Shown piece by piece: positions 44,690 through 55,105 of a DNA stretch of 64,000 nt (position 1 is the stretch's first letter; each line of letters opens with the position of its first letter). The stretch covers positions 333,402 through 397,401 of the forward strand of contig CAVZHK010000001.1 in assembly GCA_963775055.1 (NCBI GenBank), read 5' to 3'. The DNA comes from an uncultured Acidimicrobiaceae bacterium (GTDB taxonomy: Bacteria; Actinomycetota; Acidimicrobiia; Acidimicrobiales; CAIXPF01). A model generated the notes under the pieces. The model saw only the letters and a program-made list of their open reading frames with translations. It made no database searches and was not told where the DNA came from. The translations under genes and the position numbers were made by a program.

Positions 44690-45208
44690 TCAGGAGGGGA
44701 CCCTGGCGGGCGTCTCGGGAGCGAACGCCCAGGCCCACAGCCGTGACAAGCCCAATCCCACCACGGCGTTGATGGCTCCCGCGACCAGGGCCACCTGCAC
44801 CACCTCGACGGGGTCCGGCGCCACCGCATCGAACAAGCGGCCGAGCACCACCCACGACACCACCCCCGCCGCGGTCCCGATGCCGACGAACAGCATCCGA
44901 CCGGGCCGACGGTGGCTCGCCATCTGCACCTGCATGGCCCCCAGCGCGTAGGCCAGCACCGCGTAGACCAGCGCCGAGAGTCCCATCGGGGTCTGCAACA
45001 CCACGTCATAGAGCAACCCGATGGCGAACCCGGCAATGGCGCCACGCTCGGGCCCTCCGGCCACACCCGCAGCCAGCGCCACCGCCAGAGCCAGTTCCGG
45101 TCGGACGCCCAGCAGCGAGAAGTTGGACGCCACACGGGCCTGCACCACCACCGCCACCACCACCAGCACCGCCGCCCGACCCAGCACCGTCGCCCTTGCC
45201 GCGTTCAT
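44690..45208 (-). CDS. mreD: rod shape-determining protein MreD
   Basis: 172-aa polytopic membrane protein immediately downstream of mreC. The region GAIAGFAIGLLYD is MreD-like. Confidence 0.8.
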   Translation of the reverse strand: MNAARATVLGRAAVLVVVAVVVQARVASNFSLLGVRPELALAVALAAGVAGGPERGAIAGFAIGLLYDVVLQTPMGLSALVYAVLAYALGAMQVQMASHRRPGRMLFVGIGTAAGVVSWVVLGRLFDAVAPDPVEVVQVALVAGAINAVVGLGLSRLWAWAFAPETPARVPS

Positions 45209-45218
45209 TGCCTGACCG

Positions 45219-46070
45219 TCACGGTGTCGGCCGCCACAACAGCACAGTCACGAAGGACAGCGCCGCTGGCTCCACCGCCAGGGCCACTTCCACGTCGCTG
45301 ATGCTGACCACGCCGCCCGCAGAGCTGGTGGGCTCGGGCAGCCGGCTCACGGTGCCCACCACGATGTCGGGCGGGAAGGCGCTGCGGTCCAGACCCGAGG
45401 TCACCAGCGGATCGCCCAGCGTGAGGGTGCCGACGGGCAGGGCCCCCTGAACCCGCAGCGGCTTTCCGGCGCCCTGACCGCGCAACACGAAGTTGGTGGG
45501 CACCGCGGCCCCCGCCGGGCGGACCCCCACCCCGAAATCCCGGGAGTCGGCCAACTCGACCACGGACTGGCCCGCGGTGACGGTCACCACCCGACCCACC
45601 AGCCCGGCCTGGGTGATGACCACCATGTCCTGCGCCAGGCCCGAGGAGGATCCCTTGTCGATGCGGATGTTGTTCTCGAAGTTGGCGACGGGACCCGAAA
45701 TGACCCGGGCCACCCGGCGCTCCACATTGGTGGCGGTGGTGATGGCCAGCTGCGCCTTGAGGTCGTCCAACTGCACCTGGGCGTTGCGTTCGCGCAGCGG
45801 ATCCGATTCCAGCTCGTCCACCCGCTGGCGGAGCCGATCGTTCTCCTCCACCAGATCGTTGTAGTCCCGGACCCCCCGCCAGGCCCGCCGGAAGGGCCCG
45901 AAAGCGGAGTCGGCGCCGCCGGCAACCGGTTCCAGCCCGCCCCGCAAGGCGTCCTGCACCGATTGAAGTGGTCCGAACCCCCGCAGATCGAGGGTCATCA
46001 GCGAGATCGCGGTGAGCACCAGCAACAACAGCACGAAGCGGGCTCGGTGTCCCCGGGTCGGATGCAACAT
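45219..46070 (-). CDS. mreC: rod shape-determining protein MreC
   Basis: N-terminal TM helix, coiled coil (NDRLRQRVDELE) and beta-barrel domains (GLVGRVVTVTAGQSVV, GTVSRL). Confidence 0.9.
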   Translation of the reverse strand: MLHPTRGHRARFVLLLLVLTAISLMTLDLRGFGPLQSVQDALRGGLEPVAGGADSAFGPFRRAWRGVRDYNDLVEENDRLRQRVDELESDPLRERNAQVQLDDLKAQLAITTATNVERRVARVISGPVANFENNIRIDKGSSSGLAQDMVVITQAGLVGRVVTVTAGQSVVELADSRDFGVGVRPAGAAVPTNFVLRGQGAGKPLRVQGALPVGTLTLGDPLVTSGLDRSAFPPDIVVGTVSRLPEPTSSAGGVVSISDVEVALAVEPAALSFVTVLLWRPTP

Positions 46071-46146
46071 CTCGTTTCGGCCTGGGTTGGGGGCCTGGCG
46101 TGCTCGGGGTGCGGGCGGGCGAGGCGAGCGGTGAGGCTGTCAGCCC

Positions 46147-47187
46147 TCAGCGCAGGGAGGAGGAGAACAGGACGTTCTTGAGGACGTCGAACTCCTCAAG
46201 CGCTTGACCGGAACCGAGGGCCACGCAATACAGCGGGTTGGCGGCGATGCGAATGGGCATGCCGGTCTCATTGGCCAGCCGCCGGTCCAGGCCCGACAGC
46301 AGCGCGCCGCCGCCGGCCAGGGTGATGCCCTCTTCCATGATGTCCGCGGCCAACTCCGGTGGGGTGGTGTCCAAGGTGACCTTCACCGCGTCGACGATGG
46401 AGGACACCGGTTCGGCCAGCGCCTCGCGGATCTCGTTGGTGGTGATGGTGATGGTCTTGGGCAGCCCGGTGATCAGGTCCCGGCCCCGGACCTCCGCCTG
46501 CAACTCCTCCCGCAGGGGCCAGGCGCTGCCGAGGGCCATCTTGACCTCTTCGGCGGTGCGCTCCCCCAACATCAAGCTGTATTCCTTCTTGATGTATTGG
46601 ATGACCGCTTCATCCAATTCGTCACCACCGACGCGGACGGATTCGGAAGCGACGATACCGCCGAGGGAGATGACGGCCACCTCGGTGGTGCCGCCGCCGA
46701 TGTCCACGATCATGTTGCCGGCCGGTTCCTGCACCGGCAACCCGGCACCAATGGCCGCGGCCATGGGCTCTTCAATGATGTGGGCCGGTTTGCGGGCCCC
46801 GGCGTATTCGGCGGCCTCGAGCACCGCCCGCTGCTCCACCCCGGTGATACCGGATGGTACGGCGATGACCATGTGGGGTTTGACCCAACGACGATGGTGA
46901 ACCTTGTGAATGAAATACCGCAACATCTTCTCGCAAATGTCGAAATCCGAGATGACGCCATCCTTGAGGGGCCGGACCGCTTTGATGTTGGCGGGGGTCC
47001 GACCGATCATGCGCTTGGCCTCTGAACCCACCGCCAGCAGCCGCCCGTCGTGCACGTCTATGGCAACCACCGACGGCTCGTTGAGTACGATGCCCTGACC
47101 CCGCACATACACCAAGGTGTTTGCGGTTCCCAGGTCCACGGCCATTTGCCCGCCGACGAACCCGAATCTGTCAGCCATGGGCACCAT
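46147..47187 (-). CDS. mreB: rod shape-determining actin homologue MreB
   Basis: [28 protein letters not shown]...[16 protein letters not shown]. The start may instead be ATG 47178. Confidence 0.95.
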   Translation of the reverse strand: MVPMADRFGFVGGQMAVDLGTANTLVYVRGQGIVLNEPSVVAIDVHDGRLLAVGSEAKRMIGRTPANIKAVRPLKDGVISDFDICEKMLRYFIHKVHHRRWVKPHMVIAVPSGITGVEQRAVLEAAEYAGARKPAHIIEEPMAAAIGAGLPVQEPAGNMIVDIGGGTTEVAVISLGGIVASESVRVGGDELDEAVIQYIKKEYSLMLGERTAEEVKMALGSAWPLREELQAEVRGRDLITGLPKTITITTNEIREALAEPVSSIVDAVKVTLDTTPPELAADIMEEGITLAGGGALLSGLDRRLANETGMPIRIAANPLYCVALGSGQALEEFDVLKNVLFSSSLR

Positions 47188-47265
47188 CCAGATCGGCTTG
47201 CAGGGACGCGGCGAGCCTAGGGGCCGGGGACTGTCCCCACAAGCGAAAGTTCACGCCGAAGTGGG

Positions 47266-47682
47266 TCAGGACGGGGTCAGCCCCGGGAAGAAGATCCCGA
47301 TCTCGCGCGCCGCGGACTCCGCAGAATCAGACCCGTGGACCAGGTTCTGGGTGAAATCGATGCCGAGATCAGCGCGGATGGTGCCCGGAGCGGCCTTGCG
47401 GCAGTTGGTGGCGCCCATCATGGCCCGCACCACCTCGAAGGTGTCCTCGGGGCCTTCCACGACCAGCGTCACCACCGGGCCGCTCGACATGAAGCCCACC
47501 AGATCGTCGTAAAAACCCTTGCCGACGTGCTCTGCGTAGTGACGGGAGAGGATCTCGGCGTCGAGTCGGCGCAGCTCCATGGCGACGATGCGCAGCCCTC
47601 GCCGCTCGAAACGCCCGATGATCTCGCCGACCAGCCCTCGGGCGACGGCGTCGGGTTTGCAGATGATCAGGGTGCGATCCAC
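47266..47682 (-). CDS. ndk: nucleoside diphosphate kinase
   Basis: MDRTLIICKPDAV...NLVHGSDS contains the active-site His motif. Confidence 0.96.
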   Translation of the reverse strand: MDRTLIICKPDAVARGLVGEIIGRFERRGLRIVAMELRRLDAEILSRHYAEHVGKGFYDDLVGFMSSGPVVTLVVEGPEDTFEVVRAMMGATNCRKAAPGTIRADLGIDFTQNLVHGSDSAESAAREIGIFFPGLTPS

Positions 47683-47709
47683 GAGGGCTGCAGGCTAGCG
47701 CTAGCGGTC

Positions 47710-47738
47710 GGCGGCACCGGGACGGGCCCGGCGCCGCC
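47710..47738 (-). terminator. GC-rich hairpin downstream of the CHRD gene
   Basis: GGCGGCACCGGG-N5-CCCGGCGCCGCC pairs at 11 of 12 positions. Confidence 0.4.
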
Positions 47739-47746
47739 GGTGACGC

Positions 47747-48565
47747 TCAGCCCAGTTGTCCCCGCAAGGCCCCGGTGGGGTACGGGGCGTTGTGCACGTT
47801 CACGTAGTACGCCGACTGGTTGGCAGCGATGGCCGCGGCGGTGGCCGCGACCACGTCTCGGCACCCTTCACGCACGCTGCCGAAGCCGACCACGACCGGG
47901 CCCGCCACGCCAACGGCACCGATGTGGATGTGGCGGGCGGTAATGGTCTCCACCTGCTCCTCACGGAACTTCCAGCAGATCAGCGTGCCCTCGAGCTCTG
48001 CCTTGAAGCGGCCGCTACCGTCGGGATCGCCCAGGTTGGGAACCTCGGCGCCACCGGCCAGACGGGTCCGCAACTCGACGTCGTCGCCCTCATCGTGCCC
48101 AGGCTCGTCGTCGCGGAGCTGACCCCGCACCGCACCCGCGGGGAACGTCGGGTTGTGGACGTTGACGTAGTACCCCTGGGGGTCCGCGGCCAGGGCTGCG
48201 GCCAGCACCGACGTGACCGTGGCGCACCCCTGCAGTTGCCCACGGAAATCGACCACGACGGGGCCGGCAACGCCGATGGCGGCAGCGTGGATGTGCGCTG
48301 CGGTCACCCCGTCGATGTTCCGCACCGACACGTCCCAGCAGACCTCGGTGCCCTCGACCTCGACCTCGGCCTGGCCGGACCCGTCCGGATCACCGCCGCC
48401 GGTCTCGTTGAGGCCGGACAACGTGGCCTCCAACTCGACGTCGTGGTCCCGCCCGTTGTCGTGTGGTCCATCATCGGCGGAGGCCATCCCGCCAGATCCG
48501 GCGGCCAGCACTGCGGCCAAGGCCACCCCTGCGATGGCCGTTCTCGCTTGCAACTTCAGCTTCAC
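47747..48565 (-). CDS. secreted tandem CHRD-domain protein
   Basis: Two CHRD repeats (GDPDGSG...AHIHAAAIGVAGPVVV and GDPDGSG...RHIHIGAVGVAGPVVV). The GTG start at 48565 is preceded by GGAGG, followed by a signal peptide (KLKLQARTAIAGVALAAVLAAGSGGMASA). Confidence 0.85.
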   Translation of the reverse strand: MKLKLQARTAIAGVALAAVLAAGSGGMASADDGPHDNGRDHDVELEATLSGLNETGGGDPDGSGQAEVEVEGTEVCWDVSVRNIDGVTAAHIHAAAIGVAGPVVVDFRGQLQGCATVTSVLAAALAADPQGYYVNVHNPTFPAGAVRGQLRDDEPGHDEGDDVELRTRLAGGAEVPNLGDPDGSGRFKAELEGTLICWKFREEQVETITARHIHIGAVGVAGPVVVGFGSVREGCRDVVAATAAAIAANQSAYYVNVHNAPYPTGALRGQLG

Positions 48566-48584
48566 GTCGCCTCCTGCGTTCCCC

Positions 48585-48604
48585 GTCACGGAACGGTCCG
48601 TGAC
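48585..48604 (-). promoter_or_regulatory. hairpin in the 5' leader of the CHRD gene
   Basis: GTCACGGA-ACGG-TCCGTGAC lies about 10 nt upstream of the GGAGG ribosome-binding site. Confidence 0.35.
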
Positions 48605-48634
48605 CGAACGAAACCTAACGGCGGACACCACCCT

Positions 48635-48650
48635 GGCGCGTCGACGCGCC
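48635..48650. promoter_or_regulatory. perfect 16-bp palindrome GGCGCGTCGACGCGCC
   Basis: Read directly. It lies between the folC stop and the CHRD start, and could be an operator or the folC terminator stem. Confidence 0.35.
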
Positions 48651-48782
48651 CGGCCAGGGACGGCGATGGGATCGTTCGCATCACAATCTTCTGGTGGTCG
48701 AACGCGCACAGCGTCGGGAATGGCCGCGCAGTGCGTGCAGGTCACCGCTCCGATCGTTCACCGTGTCGAGGCGTGCCTTCGA

Positions 48783-50087
48783 CTAGCCGCGGCGGGCGCT
48801 GCGGGCTCGCAAGATGGTGCGGGCCGAGCCCACCAGGTACAGCGACCCGGTGATGAGGACCAGGTCCCCGGCGCCGGCAGTGTCCAGGGCCCAGCCCAGC
48901 GCGGTTTCGATGGCCGGCGCGGCCCGGGCCACCACCCCAATGGAGGCGGCCGCCAGGGCCACCTCATCGGCCGGGAGAGCCCTGGGCGAAGTGGGGGTGG
49001 CAGTGATGATCTGGTCGAAGTCCTCCGCGCCCAGGCAACGCAGCATGGTGGCGGCGTCCCGGCCCTCCAACATGCCGCAAACCAGCGTCCGTCGACCATC
49101 CACGTGGAAGGTCTCCTCAAGCACGGCGGCGGCGGCCTCGGCCCCGTCGGGGTTGTGGGCCCCGTCGAGGATCACCAACGGGTTGCGACCCATGATCTCG
49201 AAGCGCCCCGGCACCTTGACCTCGGCCAGCCCTTCGGCCACCACGTCCTCGTCCAGGGCCCGCTCGAAGAACGCCGAGACCGCCATGATGGCCAGCGCGG
49301 CGTTGGTTCCCTGGTGGGCGCCGTGAAGGGGCAGGAACAGCTCGCTCAGCTGCTGGTAGGGGGTGGACAGGTCCAGGTGGCGGCCGCCAACGGCCAGGCG
49401 ATTGCCGACCAGCTCGAAGTCCTCGTTGGCCACCAGCGCCTTGGCCGGGCCCTCATCAAGGAACACCGGGCGCAGATCGTCATCGACCTCGCCCAGCACC
49501 AGGGTCGAGGTCGGTTTGATGATGCCGGCCTTCTCCTGGGCGATGGTCCGGCGCCAATCACCCTGGAAATCGGTGTGGTCGCGGCCGATGTTGGTGATCA
49601 CGGCCACATCCGCGGTGACGATGTTGGTGGCGTCGAAGCGCCCCATCACCCCGACCTCGATGACGGCCACGTCCACGGCCTCAGCGGCAAAGTAGGACAG
49701 GGCGCAGGCGGTGAGGCATTCGAAGTGGCTGGGCCGGACCTTCAGCAGCGGTTCTAGCTGCGCCAACTCAGCCACCAGGGAGGCGAAGTCGTCCTCGTCG
49801 ATCTCCTCGTCATCCAGCCGGATGCGTTCGGTGTACCGCTCCAGATGGGGGCTGGTGTAGGTACCGACGCGCAGGCCATGGGCCATGAGCAACCGGGTGA
49901 TGATGCGGGCGGTGGAGCCCTTGCCGTTGGTCCCGGTGATGTGGATGACGGGGTACACCAGGTGTGGATCACCCCACACGTGGACCACGTCGGCCATGGC
50001 ATCAAGGGAGAGGCCCTCGTAGTTACCGGTGCGGACCTCGAGGTTGATGTGGGCGTCGAGGAACGCCAACGCGTCGTGGATGTTCAT
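48783..50087 (-). CDS. folC: folylpolyglutamate synthase / dihydrofolate synthase
   Basis: HITGTNGKGSTARII is the Mur-ligase P-loop, with a FolC-like remainder. Confidence 0.92.
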   Translation of the reverse strand: MNIHDALAFLDAHINLEVRTGNYEGLSLDAMADVVHVWGDPHLVYPVIHITGTNGKGSTARIITRLLMAHGLRVGTYTSPHLERYTERIRLDDEEIDEDDFASLVAELAQLEPLLKVRPSHFECLTACALSYFAAEAVDVAVIEVGVMGRFDATNIVTADVAVITNIGRDHTDFQGDWRRTIAQEKAGIIKPTSTLVLGEVDDDLRPVFLDEGPAKALVANEDFELVGNRLAVGGRHLDLSTPYQQLSELFLPLHGAHQGTNAALAIMAVSAFFERALDEDVVAEGLAEVKVPGRFEIMGRNPLVILDGAHNPDGAEAAAAVLEETFHVDGRRTLVCGMLEGRDAATMLRCLGAEDFDQIITATPTSPRALPADEVALAAASIGVVARAAPAIETALGWALDTAGAGDLVLITGSLYLVGSARTILRARSARRG

Positions 50088-50135
50088 GCCGTGACCTTCA
50101 TGACGCGCTCGTGCCAGGCGGGTGGACCCGACCGG

Positions 50136-51413
50136 TCAGGATGCGGCTCGGCGGGGCCTTGGCTGGTTGCGCACGTGCTGGGCCCGGCGCACCACGGTGG
50201 GATACACCTTCTGGCGCACGTGGTTCTCGTCGATCTCCACCCGCACGGCGTCACTTTCGGAGGGCAGGTCGTACATCACACCGAGCAGCACCTCTTCCAG
50301 GATGGCCCGCAGCCCACGGGCCCCTGTCCCCCGCAGCAGCGCCTGATCGGCCACCGCGGCCAGCGCCGTGTCGGTGAAGGCCAGCTCCACGTCCTCTAGC
50401 TCGAAGAACTTCTGGTACTGCTTGACCAGGGCGTTCTTCGGCTCGACCAGGATGCGGATGAGGGCTTCGTTGTCCAGCGGGGCGACCGCGCCGATGACGG
50501 GGAGGCGGCCCACGAACTCCGGTATGAGCCCGAACTTCAGCAGGTCCTCGGGCAGGACGTGGGACATCAGATCCTCGAAGGCCCGCTCCTCACCGGTGCG
50601 GATGCGAGCCCCGAAGCCAACCGAGTTGCGGCCCTGACGGTTGGAGATGATCTGGTCCAACCCGGCGAAGGCCCCACCGCAGATGAACAACACGTTGGTG
50701 GTGTCGATCTGGATGAACTCCTGATGGGGATGCTTGCGTCCCCCCTGGGGTGGCACCGAGGCGGTGGTCCCCTCCAGGATCTTCAGCAGCGCCTGCTGCA
50801 CTCCTTCCCCGGACACGTCCCGGGTGATGGAGGGGTTCTCGGACTTGCGGGCGATCTTGTCGATCTCGTCGATGTAGATGATCCCGGTCTCGGCCTTCTT
50901 CACGTCGTAATCGGCCGCTTGGATCAGCTTGAGCAGGATGTTCTCGACGTCCTCACCCACGTAGCCGGCCTCGGTGAGGGCGGTGGCGTCAGCGATGGCG
51001 AAGGGTACGTTCAACATGCGGGCCAGGGTCTGGGCCAGCAGCGTCTTGCCGCAGCCGGTGGGACCGATCAGCAGGATGTTGGACTTCTGCAGCTCCACGT
51101 CTTCGTTGTTGGAGGCGCCGAACTGCACCCGCTTGTAGTGGTTGTACACCGCCACTGAGAGGATCTTCTTGGCGTGGTCCTGCCCAATGATGTAGTCGTT
51201 CAGGAACGTGTAGATCTCACGGGGTTTGGGCAACTCGTCGAAGCGGACCTCGGACTGGGCCGAGAGCTCCTCCTCGATGATCTCGTTGCACAAATCGATG
51301 CATTCGTCGCAGATGTACACGCCAGGGCCGGCGATGAGCTTCTTCACCTGCTTCTGGGACTTGCCGCAGAAGGAACACTTCAGCAGCTCGGTGCCCTCGC
51401 CGAACTTGGCCAC
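50136..51413 (-). CDS. clpX: ATP-dependent Clp protease ATP-binding subunit ClpX
   Basis: Zinc-binding CSFCGKSQ...CDEC, Walker A ([12 protein letters not shown]) and Walker B (IIYIDEIDK). Confidence 0.97.
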   Translation of the reverse strand: MAKFGEGTELLKCSFCGKSQKQVKKLIAGPGVYICDECIDLCNEIIEEELSAQSEVRFDELPKPREIYTFLNDYIIGQDHAKKILSVAVYNHYKRVQFGASNNEDVELQKSNILLIGPTGCGKTLLAQTLARMLNVPFAIADATALTEAGYVGEDVENILLKLIQAADYDVKKAETGIIYIDEIDKIARKSENPSITRDVSGEGVQQALLKILEGTTASVPPQGGRKHPHQEFIQIDTTNVLFICGGAFAGLDQIISNRQGRNSVGFGARIRTGEERAFEDLMSHVLPEDLLKFGLIPEFVGRLPVIGAVAPLDNEALIRILVEPKNALVKQYQKFFELEDVELAFTDTALAAVADQALLRGTGARGLRAILEEVLLGVMYDLPSESDAVRVEIDENHVRQKVYPTVVRRAQHVRNQPRPRRAAS

Positions 51414-51449
51414 CCCGGTCTCCTCGTTCTGTTTCGTATTGGGTCCGCG

Positions 51450-52133
51450 TCAGCGGATGGGGCCGGTTCGGTCTACCAGATCACGGGAGGTCAGGATGTC
51501 GTCTACGATCCCGTACTCCTTGGCCATCTGCGCGGTCATCACGAAGTCCCGATCGGTGTCCTTGCGGATCCGTTCCACCGGCTGACCGGTGTGGTGGGCC
51601 AGGATGTCTTCCAGCGTGCCCTTGAGCCGCATGATCTCGCTGGCCACGATCTCGATGTCCGCCGCCTGGGCATACCCCGATTGGCCGTGGGGCTGGTGGA
51701 TGATCACCCGGGAGTGGGGCAAGGCCATGCGCTTGCCCTTGGTCCCCGCCGCCAGGAGCACCGCCGCCGCCGATGCCGCCTGCCCGAAGCAGATGGTGGA
51801 TATCTCGGGGCGGATGTAGGTCATGGTGTCATAGATGGCGAAGAGCGCATTGATGTCCCCGCCGGGGCTGTTGATGTACAGGTTGATGTCCTTGTCGGGG
51901 TTCTCTGACTCCAGGTGCAGCAGCTGGGCGCACACCAGGTTCCCGATGGTGTCATCGATGGGGGTGCCGAGGAAGATGATCGATTCCTTGAGCAGCCGTG
52001 AGTACAGATCGAAGGCCCGCTCCCCCCGGTTGGTCTGTTCGACCACGGTGGGCACCAGGTAGCCCATCATGCGGACGTCATACTCGCTGCGGATGGCCAG
52101 CTCAGCGAGGCGGGCTCCCGGTTGTTGGGTCAC
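51450..52133 (-). CDS. clpP: ATP-dependent Clp protease proteolytic subunit
   Basis: [19 protein letters not shown]...[14 protein letters not shown]...IHQP is the Ser-His-Asp context. Only one clpP copy is present in this cluster. Confidence 0.95.
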   Translation of the reverse strand: MTQQPGARLAELAIRSEYDVRMMGYLVPTVVEQTNRGERAFDLYSRLLKESIIFLGTPIDDTIGNLVCAQLLHLESENPDKDINLYINSPGGDINALFAIYDTMTYIRPEISTICFGQAASAAAVLLAAGTKGKRMALPHSRVIIHQPHGQSGYAQAADIEIVASEIMRLKGTLEDILAHHTGQPVERIRKDTDRDFVMTAQMAKEYGIVDDILTSRDLVDRTGPIR

Positions 52134-53548
52134 GGCGTGTCGTCCTGTTCTGGCTCGACCGATGCGACCGGCTGGTCGGTATCGGCGGCGGGGGTATCGG
52201 CGGGTGCAGCGATGAGGGACTCGGCTGATTCGCTGCCGGGCAGCTCCAACGAGGTCCGCTCGACGGGGTTACCGTCCTCATCGAGGATAGCGACCCGTTC
52301 CAGCACCCAGGTCAGCGCTTTGGACTTCTTGATGTCTGCTTTGATCTGGGCCAGGTGACCGGCCTCGGTCAGGGTCTGACGAAGATCCGGCGCCTCGCCC
52401 CCGAAACGGCGCGACAGCTCCTCGAAGTGGGTGTCGAGGTCCGCCTCGGTCAGCTCGACGGCTTCCTGGATGGCGATGGCCCGCAACGCCAGGTCGATCT
52501 TCACCGCGTGCTCCGACGCGGAGCGATGTTCCGCCACCAGATCGTCGGGGCTCTGACCGGTGACCTGCAGGTAGCGATTGAGGTCCATGCCCTGAGAGCG
52601 CATGCGCTGGTCCAGGCTGTTGAGCCGGGCGTTGAGCTCCGATTGCACCATGGGGTCCGGCACGTCGTCGGACACCAACGCCGCCAGCGCCTCCGCGGCC
52701 TGCTGTTGGTAGGCCATGTTGGCACCCACCAGCTTCGAACGCTGCAGCTGGGACCGATAGGCGTCACGCATGGCCTCGGCGTTGTCGAACTCGCTAACGC
52801 TGGCCACCCACTCGTCGGTGACCTCGGGCAGGACCCGGGCCTTGACCTCACGGACCTCGATGCTGAAGTGCAGCGGATCCTCACCCTCCTCGGGGTGGGG
52901 GGCGTCGAACTCAACGGTGTCTCCGGCGCTGGCGCCGCGCAGGTTCTCATCGATCTCGGGGACCACCCCGCCAGAGCCCACGTCATACACATAGTCGGTG
53001 GCGGTGAGCCCCTCGACCGGCTCGTCGTTCTGGTAGCCCTGGATGTCGATCAGGACCTGGTCCTCATCTTGGGCGGCCCGCTCGACGAGCTCGTATTCGG
53101 CGTTCTGCAGCCGCAACCGCTCGACCCGGGCCTCGACCTCGGACTCGTCGGCGTTCGGTGAGGGGATGGTCACCTGCAGCGACTCATAGCCGCTGATGGT
53201 GATGGTGGGGCGGGTCTGCACTACGGCCTCGAAGGCCACCGGACCGGCTTCTGCGCCGGAGGTGATCTCCAGCTCGGGGGCGGCGATCACATCCACCTCG
53301 TGCTCTTTCACCGCCTCGGCGTAGTACTCCGGCAGGGACTCCCGCAAGGCGTCCTGGCGGGCGATGCCGGTGCCCATACGGGCCTCAAGGACCTTGCGGG
53401 GCGCCTTGCCGGGCCGGAAGCCGGGCAGTTTCACCTGTTGGGCCAATCGCTTGAACGCAGCGTCGACCTGACCGTCTATCTCGGTGGCGTCCACCTCGAT
53501 GAGCAGCTTGACCTTGTTGCCTTCGAGGGTCTCCACCGTGCTCTTCAC
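52130..53548 (-). CDS. tig: trigger factor
   Basis: GTG start. [19 protein letters not shown]...[15 protein letters not shown], an FKBP-like middle domain and an acidic C-terminal tail. Confidence 0.95.
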   Translation of the reverse strand: MKSTVETLEGNKVKLLIEVDATEIDGQVDAAFKRLAQQVKLPGFRPGKAPRKVLEARMGTGIARQDALRESLPEYYAEAVKEHEVDVIAAPELEITSGAEAGPVAFEAVVQTRPTITISGYESLQVTIPSPNADESEVEARVERLRLQNAEYELVERAAQDEDQVLIDIQGYQNDEPVEGLTATDYVYDVGSGGVVPEIDENLRGASAGDTVEFDAPHPEEGEDPLHFSIEVREVKARVLPEVTDEWVASVSEFDNAEAMRDAYRSQLQRSKLVGANMAYQQQAAEALAALVSDDVPDPMVQSELNARLNSLDQRMRSQGMDLNRYLQVTGQSPDDLVAEHRSASEHAVKIDLALRAIAIQEAVELTEADLDTHFEELSRRFGGEAPDLRQTLTEAGHLAQIKADIKKSKALTWVLERVAILDEDGNPVERTSLELPGSESAESLIAAPADTPAADTDQPVASVEPEQDDTP

Positions 53549-53973
53549 AGGTGAGGCAGTGTAGTGACCGAAGTCCCGGTAGCGGGCAATACCCGACCCT
53601 CCGGTTGGCGGTCGGGTGGGCGTCTCAAATAACGCTCGCCGTTCTGGTCCACCGCTCGACCGTCGGCCCGCTCGTCGTAGACCTCGGTGATGACCCCGTT
53701 GGAGGCGGTGTGGGTGGTGAGCTTCACCCGCAGCACCCCGCTGCCGTTGATGGTGGTGCCGGCGGGTAGTTGGCTACAGGACGCCGCGGTCATGGTCCAC
53801 TCAACGCTGCGGTGGGTCACCTGCACGGACTTGTTGTGGCCGCGGCCGTCGCCGTCATGCTCGCGTTCATCGCCGTGGGCCGCGGCCGGCGCGGCCAGGG
53901 CCCCGCTCAACGCCGCCGCGGCCAACACCATCGCCCCGAAGCGTCGTGTGTTTGTCACCCGTGTCACTGCCAT
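53545..53973 (-). CDS. small secreted protein of unknown function (3' end uncertain)
   Basis: Signal peptide (RRFGAMVLAAAALSGALAAPAAAHG), a His/Asp/Glu/Gly-rich segment and a beta-rich region. The last 30 or so codons have poor GC3, and the stop overlaps the tig GTG (GTGA). Confidence 0.5.
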   Translation of the reverse strand: MAVTRVTNTRRFGAMVLAAAALSGALAAPAAAHGDEREHDGDGRGHNKSVQVTHRSVEWTMTAASCSQLPAGTTINGSGVLRVKLTTHTASNGVITEVYDERADGRAVDQNGERYLRRPPDRQPEGRVLPATGTSVTTLPHL

Positions 53974-54190
53974 CACTCCCCTTTGGAAAGGCTGATTCGT
54001 TGCTGCTGCGGATGGTCCCGCCGCCGTGAAAGGGGTACCAAGGCGGCCGTTCAAATCATTTCAAAGCCCTGAAACCACAGGGTGACACCGTCGTTCGGGA
54101 ACGTCGGGCACTTGTGGCGCTTCACTCCGCCGGGAATCGCACAGGTTTGGTCGGACCGTGCCGCCTCCACGTCTGGCCGTCACCGACGGG

Positions 54191-54484
54191 TCAGCGTGGC
54201 GTGCCGTCAACGATGAGCAATTGACCTTCCTGGCCAGCGGGCCGCAGCACGAAGCGGAACGAGGCCTCCTCGGGGCCAGCAGATGACGGCACCTGACCGT
54301 CGGCGTTGAGCTCCTCGATGCGGACCGACCCTTCGGTAACCGCGGCCAACAACGAGCCGGCCTCGGCCGCGATCGGTTCGACCGTGGTGAACGCGTGCCG
54401 CTGGTTGGGGAGCGATCGGCCGGCAACGTGCACGTCTGGCGCAAACGCCCTTCGACCGCACTCGACGGTTCGGAACTCGAGCAA
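54191..54484 (-). CDS. hypothetical small protein
   Basis: 97-codon ORF with high GC3 and a TTG or internal GTG start. I recognise no family. Confidence 0.35.
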   Translation of the reverse strand: MLEFRTVECGRRAFAPDVHVAGRSLPNQRHAFTTVEPIAAEAGSLLAAVTEGSVRIEELNADGQVPSSAGPEEASFRFVLRPAGQEGQLLIVDGTPR

Positions 54485-54618
54485 CTGATGAGCGCCGGAT
54501 CCGGTCTCAGCCCCGAGCAGGCCGTCGTGATGGCGGCGGCCGAGTTAGCGACGTTTCTGGCACCTCAGCCGCACCCGCACACCCGCCAGGCGGCCCGCAA
54601 CGGTCGTGAGGGAATCCG

Positions 54619-54692
54619 TCGGGGAGGGGAGATTTGAACTCCCGACCGCGTGCTCCCAAAGCACGTGCGCTACCTGGCTGCGCCACTCCCCG
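54619..54692 (-). tRNA. tRNA-Pro (anticodon UGG)
   Basis: A manual cloverleaf folds cleanly: acceptor CGGGGAG/CTCCCCG, D arm GCGC-AGCCAGGTA-GCGC, anticodon arm CGTGC-TTTGGGA-GCACG, T arm GGGAG-TTCAAAT-CTCCC, discriminator A. Confidence 0.93.
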
Positions 54693-55105
54693 TAGTCGCT
54701 TGCAGGTTACTCGCTGCGGGTAAAGCGGCGATCACCGCCTTGGCTCCCGCGTGGCGGTCCACAGCCAGCCCACCAATCCCCGACTTCGGTAACCGCCCGC
54801 AGGAATGCAGCCACCACGATCAGCGTTTGCACCGCACGCGGCCGGGAGGGGGGCAGCCACCACAGTCGGTGTTCAGTTGCTGCTTCACCCGGGCGGACCT
54901 GGGAACGGACCATCGGCCTATGCCCGGAGCATCGACCACTGGTCGAGGTTGCCCCCGTAGCATTGCCGGCGCGGGCGAGACACCCGGCGGGCGAGGAGAA
55001 ACGCAAGCTCATGAGCGCTGAGTCGCCACTCAACCCGGCAGCCCCCACGATCATCACCCTCAACGCGCATCCGGCCGCTGCCCGGCCGGCAACCGGGATG
55101 TCCTG

